NCBI GenBank assembly: GCA_009692555.1 | Contig: SHYY01000005.1 | Coordinates: 3,860 to 67,859 of the forward strand | Reading direction: 5' to 3' | Length of the DNA stretch: 64,000 nucleotides | Origin: Myxococcales bacterium | GTDB taxonomy: Bacteria > Myxococcota_A > Polyangia > Palsa-1104 > SHYY01 | Shown: one piece after another, positions 49,513 through 59,688 of the stretch | Position numbering within the stretch: the first letter of the stretch is position 1 | Layout: every line of letters begins with the position of its first letter | The notes under the pieces: model-generated | What the model was told of the DNA's origin: nothing | The model's database searches: none | Seen by the model: the letters and a program-made list of their open reading frames with translations, nothing else | Position numbers and translations under genes: made by a program

Positions 49513-51161
49513 GAAGACCCCATGAGGATGCTGATCCCCGACGGCGCGAACCCCGACGAGAGGCGGCAGTCGCTGCGCGTGGCGCTCCCCACCGGCCGGC
49601 AGCCGAAGGTGCAGTCGTAGCACTGCGTCGAGCACTTCCCGTCCTCGATCCCCTTGATCGCCTGGTAGCCGAGCGCGCCCGACGAGATGTCCACCTCGAA
49701 CAGGCGGTAGACGTTCTCGATGAACTCGAGGTCGCAGTAGTAGTCGGTGATGTTGGACTGCTTGAGCTCGAAATAGCGCTGCGGCATCCCGGTCTTGGTC
49801 ACGTAGCTGTAGCGCAGCCGGCTGGCGATCAGGAGGTGCGTCCCGTCGGGGCTGAGCGCGACGTCGTAGGCATCGAAGCGATCGGGCGAGAGCGGTGGGA
49901 TCGCCACCGGGAATCCGTCGGCGCCAACGAAATCGAGCGGCTGCTTGGGCAGCGGGAGCGCCACCCGCGACACCCCGGTCGCCGTCGCCACGAACAGCTC
50001 GCCGAAGGGGCGTGTCGGGTCCTTGGTGCGCGGGCTGTCGGGATCGATCGGCACCGGCTGCTCCCGGATCGTACCGAGGACTCCGGCGATCCGATCGCCC
50101 ACCGAGATGATGTCGTACACCCCGGGCCCACCGACGGGTGGGCGTGCACCGTTCTCGAAGATCACTCCGGGCGCGTTGCACGGCGACGCCATCAGCACGT
50201 TGCCCTGGGCGTCGTAGGCCACGTCGGTGGTGCCCGGGGGGGCCATGCGCGCGGCCGGGGCCACCCCGTCGACGGGGAAGGTGTAGAGCGTCGCCGGCGG
50301 AGCCTTCGCGCAGTTGTCGGCCGCGTTCTCCCAGGGGGGTCCGGCGATCACCGCGATCTGGCTGCTGTCGGGGTGGAAGGCCGCCACCCGCGCCGCCGGG
50401 TCCTTCAGGACCAGCAGCAGCTCCCCGGGCGAGCGGCCGGCCAGCAGCGACGGGAGATCGGCGATCACCACCACCCCCTGATCGGTCACCACGGCCGCTG
50501 CGTGATCGTCGGGAGCCACCGCGATCGAACGGATCGCCGTCGCTCCCGGGAGCGTCACCCTCCCGGAGCGACGGATGGTGAGCGTATCGACCACGTCGAT
50601 GTCGCTCTTCGTCCCCACCAGCAGAAAGCGCCCATCGTGGGTCGAGGCGGTGGCCCGCGCTGGCCCCGGATCCCCGAGCTCGGCCATCGCCGGGAACTCC
50701 GTCAGCGCCGGCAGCGTCGTATCGAGAGCCATCAGCTGCGCCGCCGCCGGGAGCGCCTGCATCCCCGCTGGCGCGATCGCGCGCCCCGCCCCATAGAACG
50801 CGAGCGGCTTGCGGAGGTGGAGCGTCACCTCGTTCAGGATCCCCGATGTGATGGTCACGTCGCGGGTCCGTGCCAGGCCGAGCAGCAGGCCACCGCCGCG
50901 GACCGACATCCGCACGTCGTAGGTGCCGACGCGGATCGGGCCGATCGCCGTCTCGACTCCCGCCTCGCCCTTGGCGCTCACCGGAGGTCCAAGCTGGACC
51001 AGTGTCCGCTCGTCGGTGAGCACGATCGAATCGGCCCGTGGATCGGCGAGCGGAGAGAGCGACTGCTCGCTCGGGGCCTCGAGGGTGAAGTAGACCGTTC
51101 CCTGCCCGCACGCCGCCGCGAGCCCGGCTGCCGTCGCTACCGCGAGCCCGAGGAGCCGCAT
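49509..51161 (-). CDS. Lipoprotein with beta-propeller-like region and Cys-rich C-terminus
   Basis: LAAAC lipobox; THDGRFL, APDDH, HPDSS, SPDGTHL blades; CSTQCYDCTFGC. Confidence 0.75.
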   Translation of the reverse strand: MRLLGLAVATAAGLAAACGQGTVYFTLEAPSEQSLSPLADPRADSIVLTDERTLVQLGPPVSAKGEAGVETAIGPIRVGTYDVRMSVRGGGLLLGLARTRDVTITSGILNEVTLHLRKPLAFYGAGRAIAPAGMQALPAAAQLMALDTTLPALTEFPAMAELGDPGPARATASTHDGRFLLVGTKSDIDVVDTLTIRRSGRVTLPGATAIRSIAVAPDDHAAAVVTDQGVVVIADLPSLLAGRSPGELLLVLKDPAARVAAFHPDSSQIAVIAGPPWENAADNCAKAPPATLYTFPVDGVAPAARMAPPGTTDVAYDAQGNVLMASPCNAPGVIFENGARPPVGGPGVYDIISVGDRIAGVLGTIREQPVPIDPDSPRTKDPTRPFGELFVATATGVSRVALPLPKQPLDFVGADGFPVAIPPLSPDRFDAYDVALSPDGTHLLIASRLRYSYVTKTGMPQRYFELKQSNITDYYCDLEFIENVYRLFEVDISSGALGYQAIKGIEDGKCSTQCYDCTFGCRPVGSATRSDCRLSSGFAPSGISILMGSS

Positions 51162-51226
51162 CGAGCGCCACTGTACCCCGCCACACGGCCACCGCGCAAA
51201 CGCGCGCAGCCTGAACGGGGCGCAGG

Positions 51227-51255
51227 TTGAAAAACCCGAGGGAGGTCCGTATGAT
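51227..51255 (+). promoter_or_regulatory. Sigma70-type promoter of the Ser/Thr kinase gene
   Basis: TTGAAA (51227) - 17 nt - TATGAT (51250), 12 nt upstream of the ATG at 51268. Confidence 0.6.
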
Positions 51256-51267
51256 CGCTGTCCCACC

Positions 51268-52938
51268 ATGATCGCCCCCGCCACCCAGCGGCCGGACCAG
51301 GACCTGCCCCAGGTCTTCGGCCGCTACCTGCTGCTCAAGCGCCTCTCGCGCGGCGGGATGGGGGAGATCTTTCTCGGCAAGCTGGGCGAGATCCAGGGCT
51401 TCGAGAAGCCGGTGATCATCAAGAAGATCCTCCCCAACCTCTCGGCCGACGACGAGTTCATCAAGCGCTTCATCGACGAGGCGCAGGTGGCGATCAAGCT
51501 GAACCACGCCAACATCGCCCCGGTGTTCGAGGTGGGCAAGGTCGACGGCGACTACTTCCTGGCCCTCGAATACATCGAGGGGCGCGATCTCCGGCGCCTC
51601 ATCACCCGCTCGCGCGATCAGCGCGCCCGCCTCCCGCCCGACCTCTGTCTGTTCGTCGCCCGCGAGCTGGTCTCGGGCCTCGGCTACGCGCACCGCCGGA
51701 CGGACACCGAGGGGAGCCCGCTGGCGCTGGTCCACTGCGACATCTCGCCGCCCAACGTGATGGTCTCCTTCGAGGGCGAGGTGAAGGTGATCGACTTCGG
51801 GATCGCCAAGAGCGCGATCCGGATCGCCGGCTCGAACCCCAACATGGGCTTCGGCAAGTTCGGCTACATGGCCCCCGAGCAGCTGGTGCGCGGCGGGATC
51901 GTCGACCGGCGCACCGACATCTATGCTGCGGGCGTGGTGCTCTACGAGCTGCTCACCGGCGAGCGCCTGTTCATCTTCACCGAAGGTGCCGACTACAAGC
52001 AGATCGCGCGGATCGTCACGCGCGGCGAGTTCACCCCGGTGTCGCGTCGCGATCCACGGCTCGACCCGTCGCTGGACCCGATCGTCGGCAAAGCGCTCGC
52101 CCCGCGCGCCGAGGACCGCTACCAGACCGCGGAGGAGTTCCGCGACGCGCTCCAGCAGAAGCTCTACCAGATGAATCCGACCATCTCCGGCGACGCGCTG
52201 GCGGCCTACATGCGCCGCCTGTTTGCCGACGAGATCGAGGAGGAGCGGGCGCTGATCGCCTCCGCCCGCGCGGTCGACATCGAGGAGTTCCAGGATCAGC
52301 TCACCGGCTCGGCGACGCACACCGTCACCTTCGCCCGCGCGCGGCAGTTCGAGGGCGAGGAGCGGCCCGAGAGCGAGCGCAAGCCGGTGGTCGAGTCGTC
52401 GCTGTCGATCCACGCGCGCAAGAACGGAGTGGTCGCGCTCGCCGCCGCGGGCGCGATGATCGCAGGCGGCTACCTCGTCTTCCTGATCGCCACGCGCGGC
52501 TCGCCTCCTCCCCCACCTCCTGCGGTGCTGGTGGCCCGGTCTACGCCGGCGCCCGAGGTCGCGCCGCCGGTCGTCGCGCCTCCCCCGGTCGTCGCATCGC
52601 CGGTGGTGACCCCGCTGCCTCCGGCCGCCAAGGCGGGCGACGGGCCGAAGCTGAACAAGGTGAAAAAGATCGTCGCGGGGTTGAAGGTCGCCAAGGTGGA
52701 GGAGGTCGATCTCGGGCTGCCGACCAAGCGCAGCCACGAGTCGGTCGAGGCGAAGTTCCGCACCGTCAAGCACGAGTACGACGGCTTCAAGGGCGAGTAC
52801 GGCGCGCGCCTCGAATCGCAGTGGAACGCCATCACCAGCGAGATGGTGTTCGGGAAGGGCGACACGAAGTACGACAAGCTCGACGCGATGCTTGACACCC
52901 TGCGCCGCGAGATGGGCAAGGTCCGCAGCGGCGGCTAG
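51268..52938 (+). CDS. Membrane-anchored Hanks-type Ser/Thr protein kinase
   Basis: GGMGEIF, VIIKK, VHCDISPPN, IDFG, YMAPEQ, DIYAAG; one TM and a Pro-rich linker. Confidence 0.95.
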   Translation: MIAPATQRPDQDLPQVFGRYLLLKRLSRGGMGEIFLGKLGEIQGFEKPVIIKKILPNLSADDEFIKRFIDEAQVAIKLNHANIAPVFEVGKVDGDYFLALEYIEGRDLRRLITRSRDQRARLPPDLCLFVARELVSGLGYAHRRTDTEGSPLALVHCDISPPNVMVSFEGEVKVIDFGIAKSAIRIAGSNPNMGFGKFGYMAPEQLVRGGIVDRRTDIYAAGVVLYELLTGERLFIFTEGADYKQIARIVTRGEFTPVSRRDPRLDPSLDPIVGKALAPRAEDRYQTAEEFRDALQQKLYQMNPTISGDALAAYMRRLFADEIEEERALIASARAVDIEEFQDQLTGSATHTVTFARARQFEGEERPESERKPVVESSLSIHARKNGVVALAAAGAMIAGGYLVFLIATRGSPPPPPPAVLVARSTPAPEVAPPVVAPPPVVASPVVTPLPPAAKAGDGPKLNKVKKIVAGLKVAKVEEVDLGLPTKRSHESVEAKFRTVKHEYDGFKGEYGARLESQWNAITSEMVFGKGDTKYDKLDAMLDTLRREMGKVRSGG

Positions 52939-54005
52939 CTACCGTTTCCGTCTTTCGCGTCCAGGCCAATCGCCGCCGTCAGGTCGGGCAGCCCGTCGCG
53001 CGCGAGCAGCCTCAGCAGGCCGCGATTGATGCGGCGCACCATTCCCGGCCCCTCGTAGATCAGCCCGGTGTACACCTGCACCAGCGATGCGCCGGCGCGG
53101 ATCTTCTCGTAGGCGTCGGCGGCGGTGAAGATGCCGCCCACACCGAGGATCGGGACCCTCCCGCGCGTGGCGCGGTAGAGGCGGCGCACGGTTTCGGTGG
53201 CGAGCGCGCGCAGCGGGGCGCCGCTCAGCCCGCCTGCTTCGGCGGTGGCCGGCGACGGGGCGAGCCCCTCCCGGCCGATTGTGGTGTTGGCGGCAACGAA
53301 CCCCGCGGCACCCCCTTCGAGGGCGGCGGCGGCGGTCTCGGCGAGCGCGTCAGCCTCGAGATCGGGGGCCAGCTTGATCAGCACGGGCACCCCGCCCGCC
53401 GCCGCCACCGCAGCCGCCACCAGCGCGCCCACCGAAGAGGGATTTTGCAGTGCGCGCAGCCCGACGGTGTTCGGCGAGCTGACGTTGATCACGAAGTAGT
53501 CCGCCACCTGGCGGAGTGCGCCGATCGCCGCCCGGTAGTCCTCCTCCGCCGCCTCGTTTGGTGTGTCGCGATTCCTGCCGACGTTGACCCCGACAGGGAC
53601 CCGCCGCGTTCCCAGGGCCAAAAGCCGCTCCCGCACCGCCTCCGCCCCATCGCTGTTGAAGCCCATCCGGTTGATGATCGCAAGGTCCGCCACCAGCCGG
53701 AACAGGCGCGGCTTCGGGTTGCCCTCCTGCGGCCGCGGCGTCACCGTCCCGATCTCGACGTACCCGAACCCGAGGTCGGGCCACGCATCAACCGCCTCGG
53801 CGTGCTTGTCGAGCCCCGCGGCGAGCCCGACCGGATTCGCGAACTCGCGGCCGAACAGCCGCACCCGCAGGCGCGGATCCTCGACGGTGAGCAGCCAGCG
53901 CGCGAGCCCGCGCAAGGCCCTCCAGCGCCCCAGCCGTTCCATCACCAGCCGATGCGCCTCCTCGGCGTCCCGGCGGAACAGCCATGGCCGCGCCAGCCCG
54001 TACAT
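52935..54005 (-). CDS. pyrD: Quinone-dependent dihydroorotate dehydrogenase
   Basis: NPVGLAAGLDK, GNPKPRLFRL, NRMGFNS, NVSSPNT, GGLSG, VQVYTG. Confidence 0.96.
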   Translation of the reverse strand: MYGLARPWLFRRDAEEAHRLVMERLGRWRALRGLARWLLTVEDPRLRVRLFGREFANPVGLAAGLDKHAEAVDAWPDLGFGYVEIGTVTPRPQEGNPKPRLFRLVADLAIINRMGFNSDGAEAVRERLLALGTRRVPVGVNVGRNRDTPNEAAEEDYRAAIGALRQVADYFVINVSSPNTVGLRALQNPSSVGALVAAAVAAAGGVPVLIKLAPDLEADALAETAAAALEGGAAGFVAANTTIGREGLAPSPATAEAGGLSGAPLRALATETVRRLYRATRGRVPILGVGGIFTAADAYEKIRAGASLVQVYTGLIYEGPGMVRRINRGLLRLLARDGLPDLTAAIGLDAKDGNGS

Positions 54006-54077
54006 CACCCCGTCCTACCACATCGGCGCCACCGAAGCGTGCCGTCGCAGCCAACCGGCGGCGGCGGTTTTACGTGA

Positions 54078-54480
<403 letters not shown>

Positions 54481-54509
54481 AGACCCGCACCGACGAGACG
54501 CTCTGCAGC

Positions 54510-55043
54510 CTACGGGTTCAGCCGATCCCAGCAGGCGCCCGCCTCGAGCAGCTCGTAATGCACCGGACCGAAGCCCACCGTCTCGCCGACGCTCACTGAA
54601 CCCCCGCCACGCGTGCCCAGGCGGCGACCGGCGATCCACGTCCCGTTGCGCGATCCGGCGTCGAACAGATCCAGCTGATCACGCTGCGGGCCGAGGCGGA
54701 AGAAGGCGTGGAACTTCGAGACCGAGACGTCGCGCACCACGACGTCGTTGTTCATCGTGCGGCCGATGGTGATCATCGACGGGAACGGCTCCTGGACCTT
54801 CCTGACCGCGAGCACGTCGGGGTGCGAGGGCTCGGGTGGGGCCGTCGGGAGGATCACCAGCGCGGGCGTGGCGTGGGTGGGGGTCGCGCCGCCGGGACGC
54901 ATCAGCGGGCCGCGGCGGATGAGGAACAGGAACGGGCAGGCGGCGGCGAACTGCGTCGGTGAGAGGCGGCGCGCCATGCTCACGTAGTCGGTGAGCGGGC
55001 CGTTCGCGACCGGATCCGGCAGGCCGCCGCCGACCTCTCTCAC
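54510..55043 (-). CDS. FHA domain protein
   Basis: ITIGRTMNND, VSKFHA, DAGSRNGT; start may be ATG at 54977. Confidence 0.88.
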   Translation of the reverse strand: MREVGGGLPDPVANGPLTDYVSMARRLSPTQFAAACPFLFLIRRGPLMRPGGATPTHATPALVILPTAPPEPSHPDVLAVRKVQEPFPSMITIGRTMNNDVVVRDVSVSKFHAFFRLGPQRDQLDLFDAGSRNGTWIAGRRLGTRGGGSVSVGETVGFGPVHYELLEAGACWDRLNP

Positions 55044-55217
55044 GTACTGCAGCGTCCTGAACGATTGCCTTGGCCACCTCCACGCAGGGCGTGCCTGCCG
55101 GGCCCGTGAGCAGGGAGTGCGCCGAAGCTGGAACTCGTTGTCTGGTGCGGAGATCAGGCCGAGATGGGGACCTCCGCGATCGGTCGCGGTCAGTCAGTTG
55201 ACGTGCCGGGGAGGGGG

Positions 55218-56579
55218 CTAAAGCGGCGCGCTGCGCGAGCGGCGGCGGAGGGCGCGGGCGAGGCCGAACAGGGCGAGGAGTACCAGGGCGCAGCCGGCGA
55301 CGCTGTCGGGATCGACGCGGGTGGTGAGGGAGCAGCCGCCCTTGCCGCGGTCACTGGCCGAGCCGGAGCAGTTTCCACCGGCCTTGCAGGTGGTGCCGGG
55401 GGGGCATGTGACGATCTTGCACTGGTCGTCGACGCACTTGCCGGAGCCGTTCTCGCAGATGCTCGGCGGCACGCAGGTCTTGTCGCGGCAGTAGTCGGGA
55501 ACGCAGCTGCCGGCCGCGCAGCCGCTCACGCCGAGGGGGCAGCAGATCTCGCCGTCGGGGCACTCCTTGCCGGCGCAGGGGTCCTTCTGGCAGCCGCCGT
55601 CAATGCACTTCTCGTTGGCCTTGCAGCCGTCCTTGCACGCGCCGACGCACTTGCCGAGGCGGCAGAACTGGTCCTTGTTGCAGGTCATGCCCATGCACGG
55701 ATCGGGGACGCAGCGCGGCGCCGGGTCGAGCTCGCTCTTGCGGCACACCTGGCCGTCGGGGCAGCCGTTCGAGTAGCAGGAGTCGTCGCACAGGACGCTG
55801 CCGAACTCGCCGCCGGCGATCTGGTCGATCACCTTGCCGAGCGCGGTCTGGAGGGTCGCCGCGTCGGAGGCGCTGTAGTAGCAGTGGATGTTCTTGCCGT
55901 CGCAGTTCTTGGGCGATGCGCCGCCGGAGTAGGCCATCTCGTCCAGGTTTCTCTTGTTGACGCCCATCTCGCCGTCGAAGCCGACCACGAAGGTGAGGAT
56001 CTTCGCGTTGCGGGCGATGTTGATCTGGTCGATCGTCCACTCGGAGGAGCCGTCGGGGGCGGAGAGGGTCTCGAGATCCTTGCGGTTGCAGCTCGGCTCA
56101 CCGTCGGTGACGAGGATTAGGAAGTTGTTGCGGGCGGCGTCGTGGAGGATCATGTCCTCGGTGGCGCGCTTGATCGCCTCGCCGGTGTTGGTCCTCGAGC
56201 CGGGGACAGGCATCGCGGCCTTGAGGAGGGTGATGACGTCGTTTGAGCGCAGGGAGCGATCCTCCATCGGGCCGGCGGGCTCGACGTCGATCTTGGTGTC
56301 GTTGTAGCACTTCGCGTCGTCCTTGAAGGCGTCGGACTGGAACAGCTGGAGGCCGAAGGGGACCCGGTCGCCGTACTGGTTGACCAGGCCCAGCACCGCC
56401 TGCGTCAGCAGCTCGAACTTGCTCGGGTGGGTCTTGCCGCCGTTCGGATCGTCTGCCATCGAGCTCGACTGATCGAGGACGAACATGATGTTCGGGCAGG
56501 TCTTGGCGGCGGCGGGTCCGGCGAGGGCCGCGCCGGCGAAGGCGACGGCGAGGGACAGACTCAGGCGATTCGGCGACAT
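55218..56579 (-). CDS. vWA domain, Cys-rich, MYXO-CTERM surface protein
   Basis: Signal peptide; MIDAS DQSSSM, TNT, VTDG; Cys-rich repeats; GGCS + TM + RRRSR C-terminal sorting signal. Confidence 0.85.
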   Translation of the reverse strand: MSPNRLSLSLAVAFAGAALAGPAAAKTCPNIMFVLDQSSSMADDPNGGKTHPSKFELLTQAVLGLVNQYGDRVPFGLQLFQSDAFKDDAKCYNDTKIDVEPAGPMEDRSLRSNDVITLLKAAMPVPGSRTNTGEAIKRATEDMILHDAARNNFLILVTDGEPSCNRKDLETLSAPDGSSEWTIDQINIARNAKILTFVVGFDGEMGVNKRNLDEMAYSGGASPKNCDGKNIHCYYSASDAATLQTALGKVIDQIAGGEFGSVLCDDSCYSNGCPDGQVCRKSELDPAPRCVPDPCMGMTCNKDQFCRLGKCVGACKDGCKANEKCIDGGCQKDPCAGKECPDGEICCPLGVSGCAAGSCVPDYCRDKTCVPPSICENGSGKCVDDQCKIVTCPPGTTCKAGGNCSGSASDRGKGGCSLTTRVDPDSVAGCALVLLALFGLARALRRRSRSAPL

Positions 56580-56628
56580 CGTGAAACCTCCATGCGAGGG
56601 GACAGTATCCGCCAGGCGCGGCGATTTC

Positions 56629-57240
56629 TCAATCTCCCGCCGTTTCCGACGGAAGGCGGCGCAGCGCGTCGGCGACGAATTCGAGGCGGTCCTGGCCAAA
56701 GAACAGCTCCTCCCCGACGAGGAACGAGGGGACACCGAACACCCCGGAGCGGGCCGCCTCGTCGGTGAGGTCGCGCAGGCGCTGCTTGATGGCGGGTTCC
56801 TCCGAGGCGCGGAGGAGCGCCGGAGCGTCGAGGCCGAGCGAGGCGGCGATCTCGCCCAGCACCGTCCGGTCGGCGAGATCCCGATCGTCCGCCCAGGCGG
56901 CGCGGTAGAGCGCGTGGGAGAGCGGGACGAGCGCCTCGCCCGAAGCCAGCGCGAGGCGCAGCGCAAAGGCGGTGCGGATCGGGAAGCGCGAGGGCCAGCG
57001 GAACGGGACGCGCAGGTGGTCGGCCCAGTGGGCGAGGTCGCGCGCCTGGTAGCGGCGGCGCGGCTCGCTCATCGCGAACAGCGGGACGTCGGGCGTTCCG
57101 ATCGCGCGGAACAACCCGCCGAGGAGGAGCGGGCGCCACGAGACGGTGGCACCTGCGGCGGCGGCGACGCGCTCGATCTGCGTCGACCCGAGGTAGGCGA
57201 AGGGGCTCGAGAAGTCGAAGTAGAAGATCACCGAGCTCAC
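56629..57240 (-). CDS. HCCA isomerase / DsbA-like (GST kappa) protein, copy 2
   Basis: FYFDFSSPFAYL, WRPLLLGGLF, GVFGVPSF, FFGQDRL. Confidence 0.9.
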   Translation of the reverse strand: MSSVIFYFDFSSPFAYLGSTQIERVAAAAGATVSWRPLLLGGLFRAIGTPDVPLFAMSEPRRRYQARDLAHWADHLRVPFRWPSRFPIRTAFALRLALASGEALVPLSHALYRAAWADDRDLADRTVLGEIAASLGLDAPALLRASEEPAIKQRLRDLTDEAARSGVFGVPSFLVGEELFFGQDRLEFVADALRRLPSETAGD

Positions 57241-57842
57241 CCGGGCGCCTCCCACCCGGCGAGCGCGCGGGCGACGAAGTGGAGGCGGTCCTGGCCAAAG
57301 AACAGGTGGCGACGTCCGTCGGGGCCGTCCCGGAGCACGACGAAGGAGGGCGCGCCGAAGATCCCCTCGCCCACCGCCTCGTCGGTGACGGCGCGCAGGC
57401 GTGCCTTGATGTCCAGGCGATCGATCGCGGCGATTGCAAGGCCGTGATCGGTGGCGATCGCGGCGAGGACCGTGCGGTCGGCGACGTCGCGCCCGTCGAC
57501 CCAGTAGGCGCGGAAGAGGGCTTTCGCGAGGGCGGGGAGGGCGGTCGGCTCGGCGGCCGAGATCAGGCGCATCGCGTCGACGGTGCGGCGGGGGTGCTCG
57601 GCAGGGAAGTGAAAGGGAACCTTCCAGCGATCGGCCCAGCGGTGCATGTCGAGGAGGTTCATGCGCCCCTTCGCCGCGGTGCCGGGAGACCCCGGCGACC
57701 CGATCGCGCGGAACACGCCACCGAGGAGCATCGGCCGCCACGCGAGAACGGCACCGCCCTCCTCGGCCACTCGCTCGATCTGCGTCGACGCGAGGTAGGC
57801 GTAGGGGCAGACGACGTCGAAGAAGAAGCGCAGCTCCTTCAT
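57237..57842 (-). CDS. HCCA isomerase / DsbA-like (GST kappa) protein, copy 1
   Basis: FFFDVVCPYAYL, WRPMLLGGVF, GIFGAPSF, FFGQDRL. Confidence 0.9.
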   Translation of the reverse strand: MKELRFFFDVVCPYAYLASTQIERVAEEGGAVLAWRPMLLGGVFRAIGSPGSPGTAAKGRMNLLDMHRWADRWKVPFHFPAEHPRRTVDAMRLISAAEPTALPALAKALFRAYWVDGRDVADRTVLAAIATDHGLAIAAIDRLDIKARLRAVTDEAVGEGIFGAPSFVVLRDGPDGRRHLFFGQDRLHFVARALAGWEAPG

Positions 57843-57855
57843 GCGCGGCAGGCGA

Positions 57856-59274
57856 TCATGGCATCGCCTCCTCGGGGCCGTGGAGCGCCTCGTCGATCGC
57901 CATGCCTGCCTGGTCGCACGCCTCCGCCAGTCCGTGCTGGCGGAACAGCAGCTCCGCGGCTGCGATCGGGAGGAGCGCGGCGGGGAGGGCGACTTCGGCG
58001 CCGGCGCGAGCGAGGGCGAGGCGGAGGGCGAGCGCGCACAGGCCGACGGAGAGCGAGCGGGCGCGGAGGAGGTCGTGGGTGTGGAGCACCTGGGCGACGA
58101 GGAGGCGCTCTCCAGTCTGCGGCGTGGCGGCCGGTCCACCGTCACGGAGAGCCGCTTGCAGATGGGTCGCGGCCTCTGCGCCCCATGCGAGCGCGGCGAG
58201 TTGCTGATCCGAGGGCGCGTAGACGCGCGCGGCGTCCCGGGCGTCGATGGCGAGGCGGCGCTCGATGGCGGCTGCGAGCAGGGCGAAGGCGCGCCAGGGC
58301 GGCGGAGGCTTTCCCGACAGCCGCGCAGCCTCGGCGATCGCAAAGGCGAGCGGATCGGTGGTGGCGGCGGCGCGGGCGGAGGCGGCGGTGCGCCACGCGA
58401 GGTAGGTTTCGCGGGGCCAGCGACGGTCGTCGCAGGTGGCGGCGATGGTCTCCGCGACCTCCTCCACATCGCCGGAGATGAGGAGGCGCGCGCGCAGCTC
58501 CTCGGCCGGCGCGGTGATCGGATCTCCCGTCGCTGCGGAGTCGATCGCGCAGCGGCACTCGAGGCGCAGCCCGACGTGGAGGGTGCCGGCGGCGAGGACG
58601 GCGGTGAGCGGAAAGAGGCGGCAGCCGGCGGGTTTGGCGGCGCGGCCGAGTCGGGCGTGGATGCCGCAGCGCGAGTCGGGCTGGAGCGCCATGCAGTCGC
58701 CGTCGCGGACGGCGAGGAGGAAGAGCCCCGGGCGGTCGGAATCAGGGCGCAGGGCGCTCTCGGCGGTGAGGCCGCCGGGGGTCGGCTCGTCGTCGGGGTA
58801 TGCGGCGTGGAGGCCGGCCACGTCGTCGGCGTCGAGCGGGATGCGATCGCGGGTGCCGCAGCAGGCGCCGCGGCCATCGCACGCGAAGCGCGCACCCGGC
58901 GCAGGGTCGAGGGCGGGCGGCGCCCCGGGATCGAGCGGACGGGCGAGCAGGTTCGGGAGCCACGGCGAGTCGGGCGCGGAGAAACCGTCGCTGCCGTCGC
59001 GGAGCACGCCGTCGTCGACCAGACGCGCGACGCGCTCCTCGAACTCGCGCGCCGAGAAGGGGCGCCCGAGCATCCCTTCCACCTCGCGGCGATGCTCCAC
59101 GGCGCGGCGGCCGCCGTCGGCAAGGTCGCAAAGCACGCGATCGGCCAGGTCGAGGACCACGCGACCGCGGCCCTCGGCGCGCCCCTCCGGCACCGCCACC
59201 CACGCCCAGCCCGCCTCGCTCACGTAGGTGCGGATCAGCGCGTCGGGGACCACCTGCAGCCGCCGCTCGGGCAT
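57856..59274 (-). CDS. YkgJ-like cysteine-cluster protein
   Basis: FACDGRGACC, DCMAL...RCGIH...KPAGCRLFP, ECRC. Confidence 0.75.
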   Translation of the reverse strand: MPERRLQVVPDALIRTYVSEAGWAWVAVPEGRAEGRGRVVLDLADRVLCDLADGGRRAVEHRREVEGMLGRPFSAREFEERVARLVDDGVLRDGSDGFSAPDSPWLPNLLARPLDPGAPPALDPAPGARFACDGRGACCGTRDRIPLDADDVAGLHAAYPDDEPTPGGLTAESALRPDSDRPGLFLLAVRDGDCMALQPDSRCGIHARLGRAAKPAGCRLFPLTAVLAAGTLHVGLRLECRCAIDSAATGDPITAPAEELRARLLISGDVEEVAETIAATCDDRRWPRETYLAWRTAASARAAATTDPLAFAIAEAARLSGKPPPPWRAFALLAAAIERRLAIDARDAARVYAPSDQQLAALAWGAEAATHLQAALRDGGPAATPQTGERLLVAQVLHTHDLLRARSLSVGLCALALRLALARAGAEVALPAALLPIAAAELLFRQHGLAEACDQAGMAIDEALHGPEEAMP

Positions 59275-59457
59275 CGCGGAGGAGCCTATCACGTTGTTTC
59301 GCGGTTGCATGGCGCCGGCTCTACCCGATGTCCCCGAAGACCCTGGGGACGCTGTGGTGCGCCTGCGGAGCGCCTGCGGCGGTCGGTTAGGCTCGGTCGG
59401 CCGAAGTCGTGTATCATCCGCCCCCGCTTCGAACCTGCCAATTTCAAGGAGATCCAG

Positions 59458-59688
59458 ATGGCGAAGACCCAGTGCCCGTTGACGAAGACCGAGTTCATGG
59501 AGAAGGCGACCGCGGTCAAGATCGACATCGGCGGCGTGCCGATGGTCGCCGAGGCCCGCGAATTCTCGACCGGCTCGTTTGGCTGGTACCTCACCGGCAA
59601 GGCGACCCTCACCGTCGACGGCAAGCCGATCCAGGTCCAGGTCGGCTGCAACCTCGCGGTGGTCGGCAGCAAGGAAGCCGCGCGCTAG
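59458..59688 (+). CDS. Small (76 aa) beta-rich hypothetical protein
   Basis: AAGGAG RBS; strong GC3 bias; REFSTGSFGWY motif. Confidence 0.8.
   Translation: MAKTQCPLTKTEFMEKATAVKIDIGGVPMVAEAREFSTGSFGWYLTGKATLTVDGKPIQVQVGCNLAVVGSKEAAR

Noticed and set aside
48694-52773. 1359-aa ORF as one giant protein
   Set aside because: Only the last 272 codons (PEGA protein) look real; the rest overlaps the kinase antisense and the lipoprotein out of frame.
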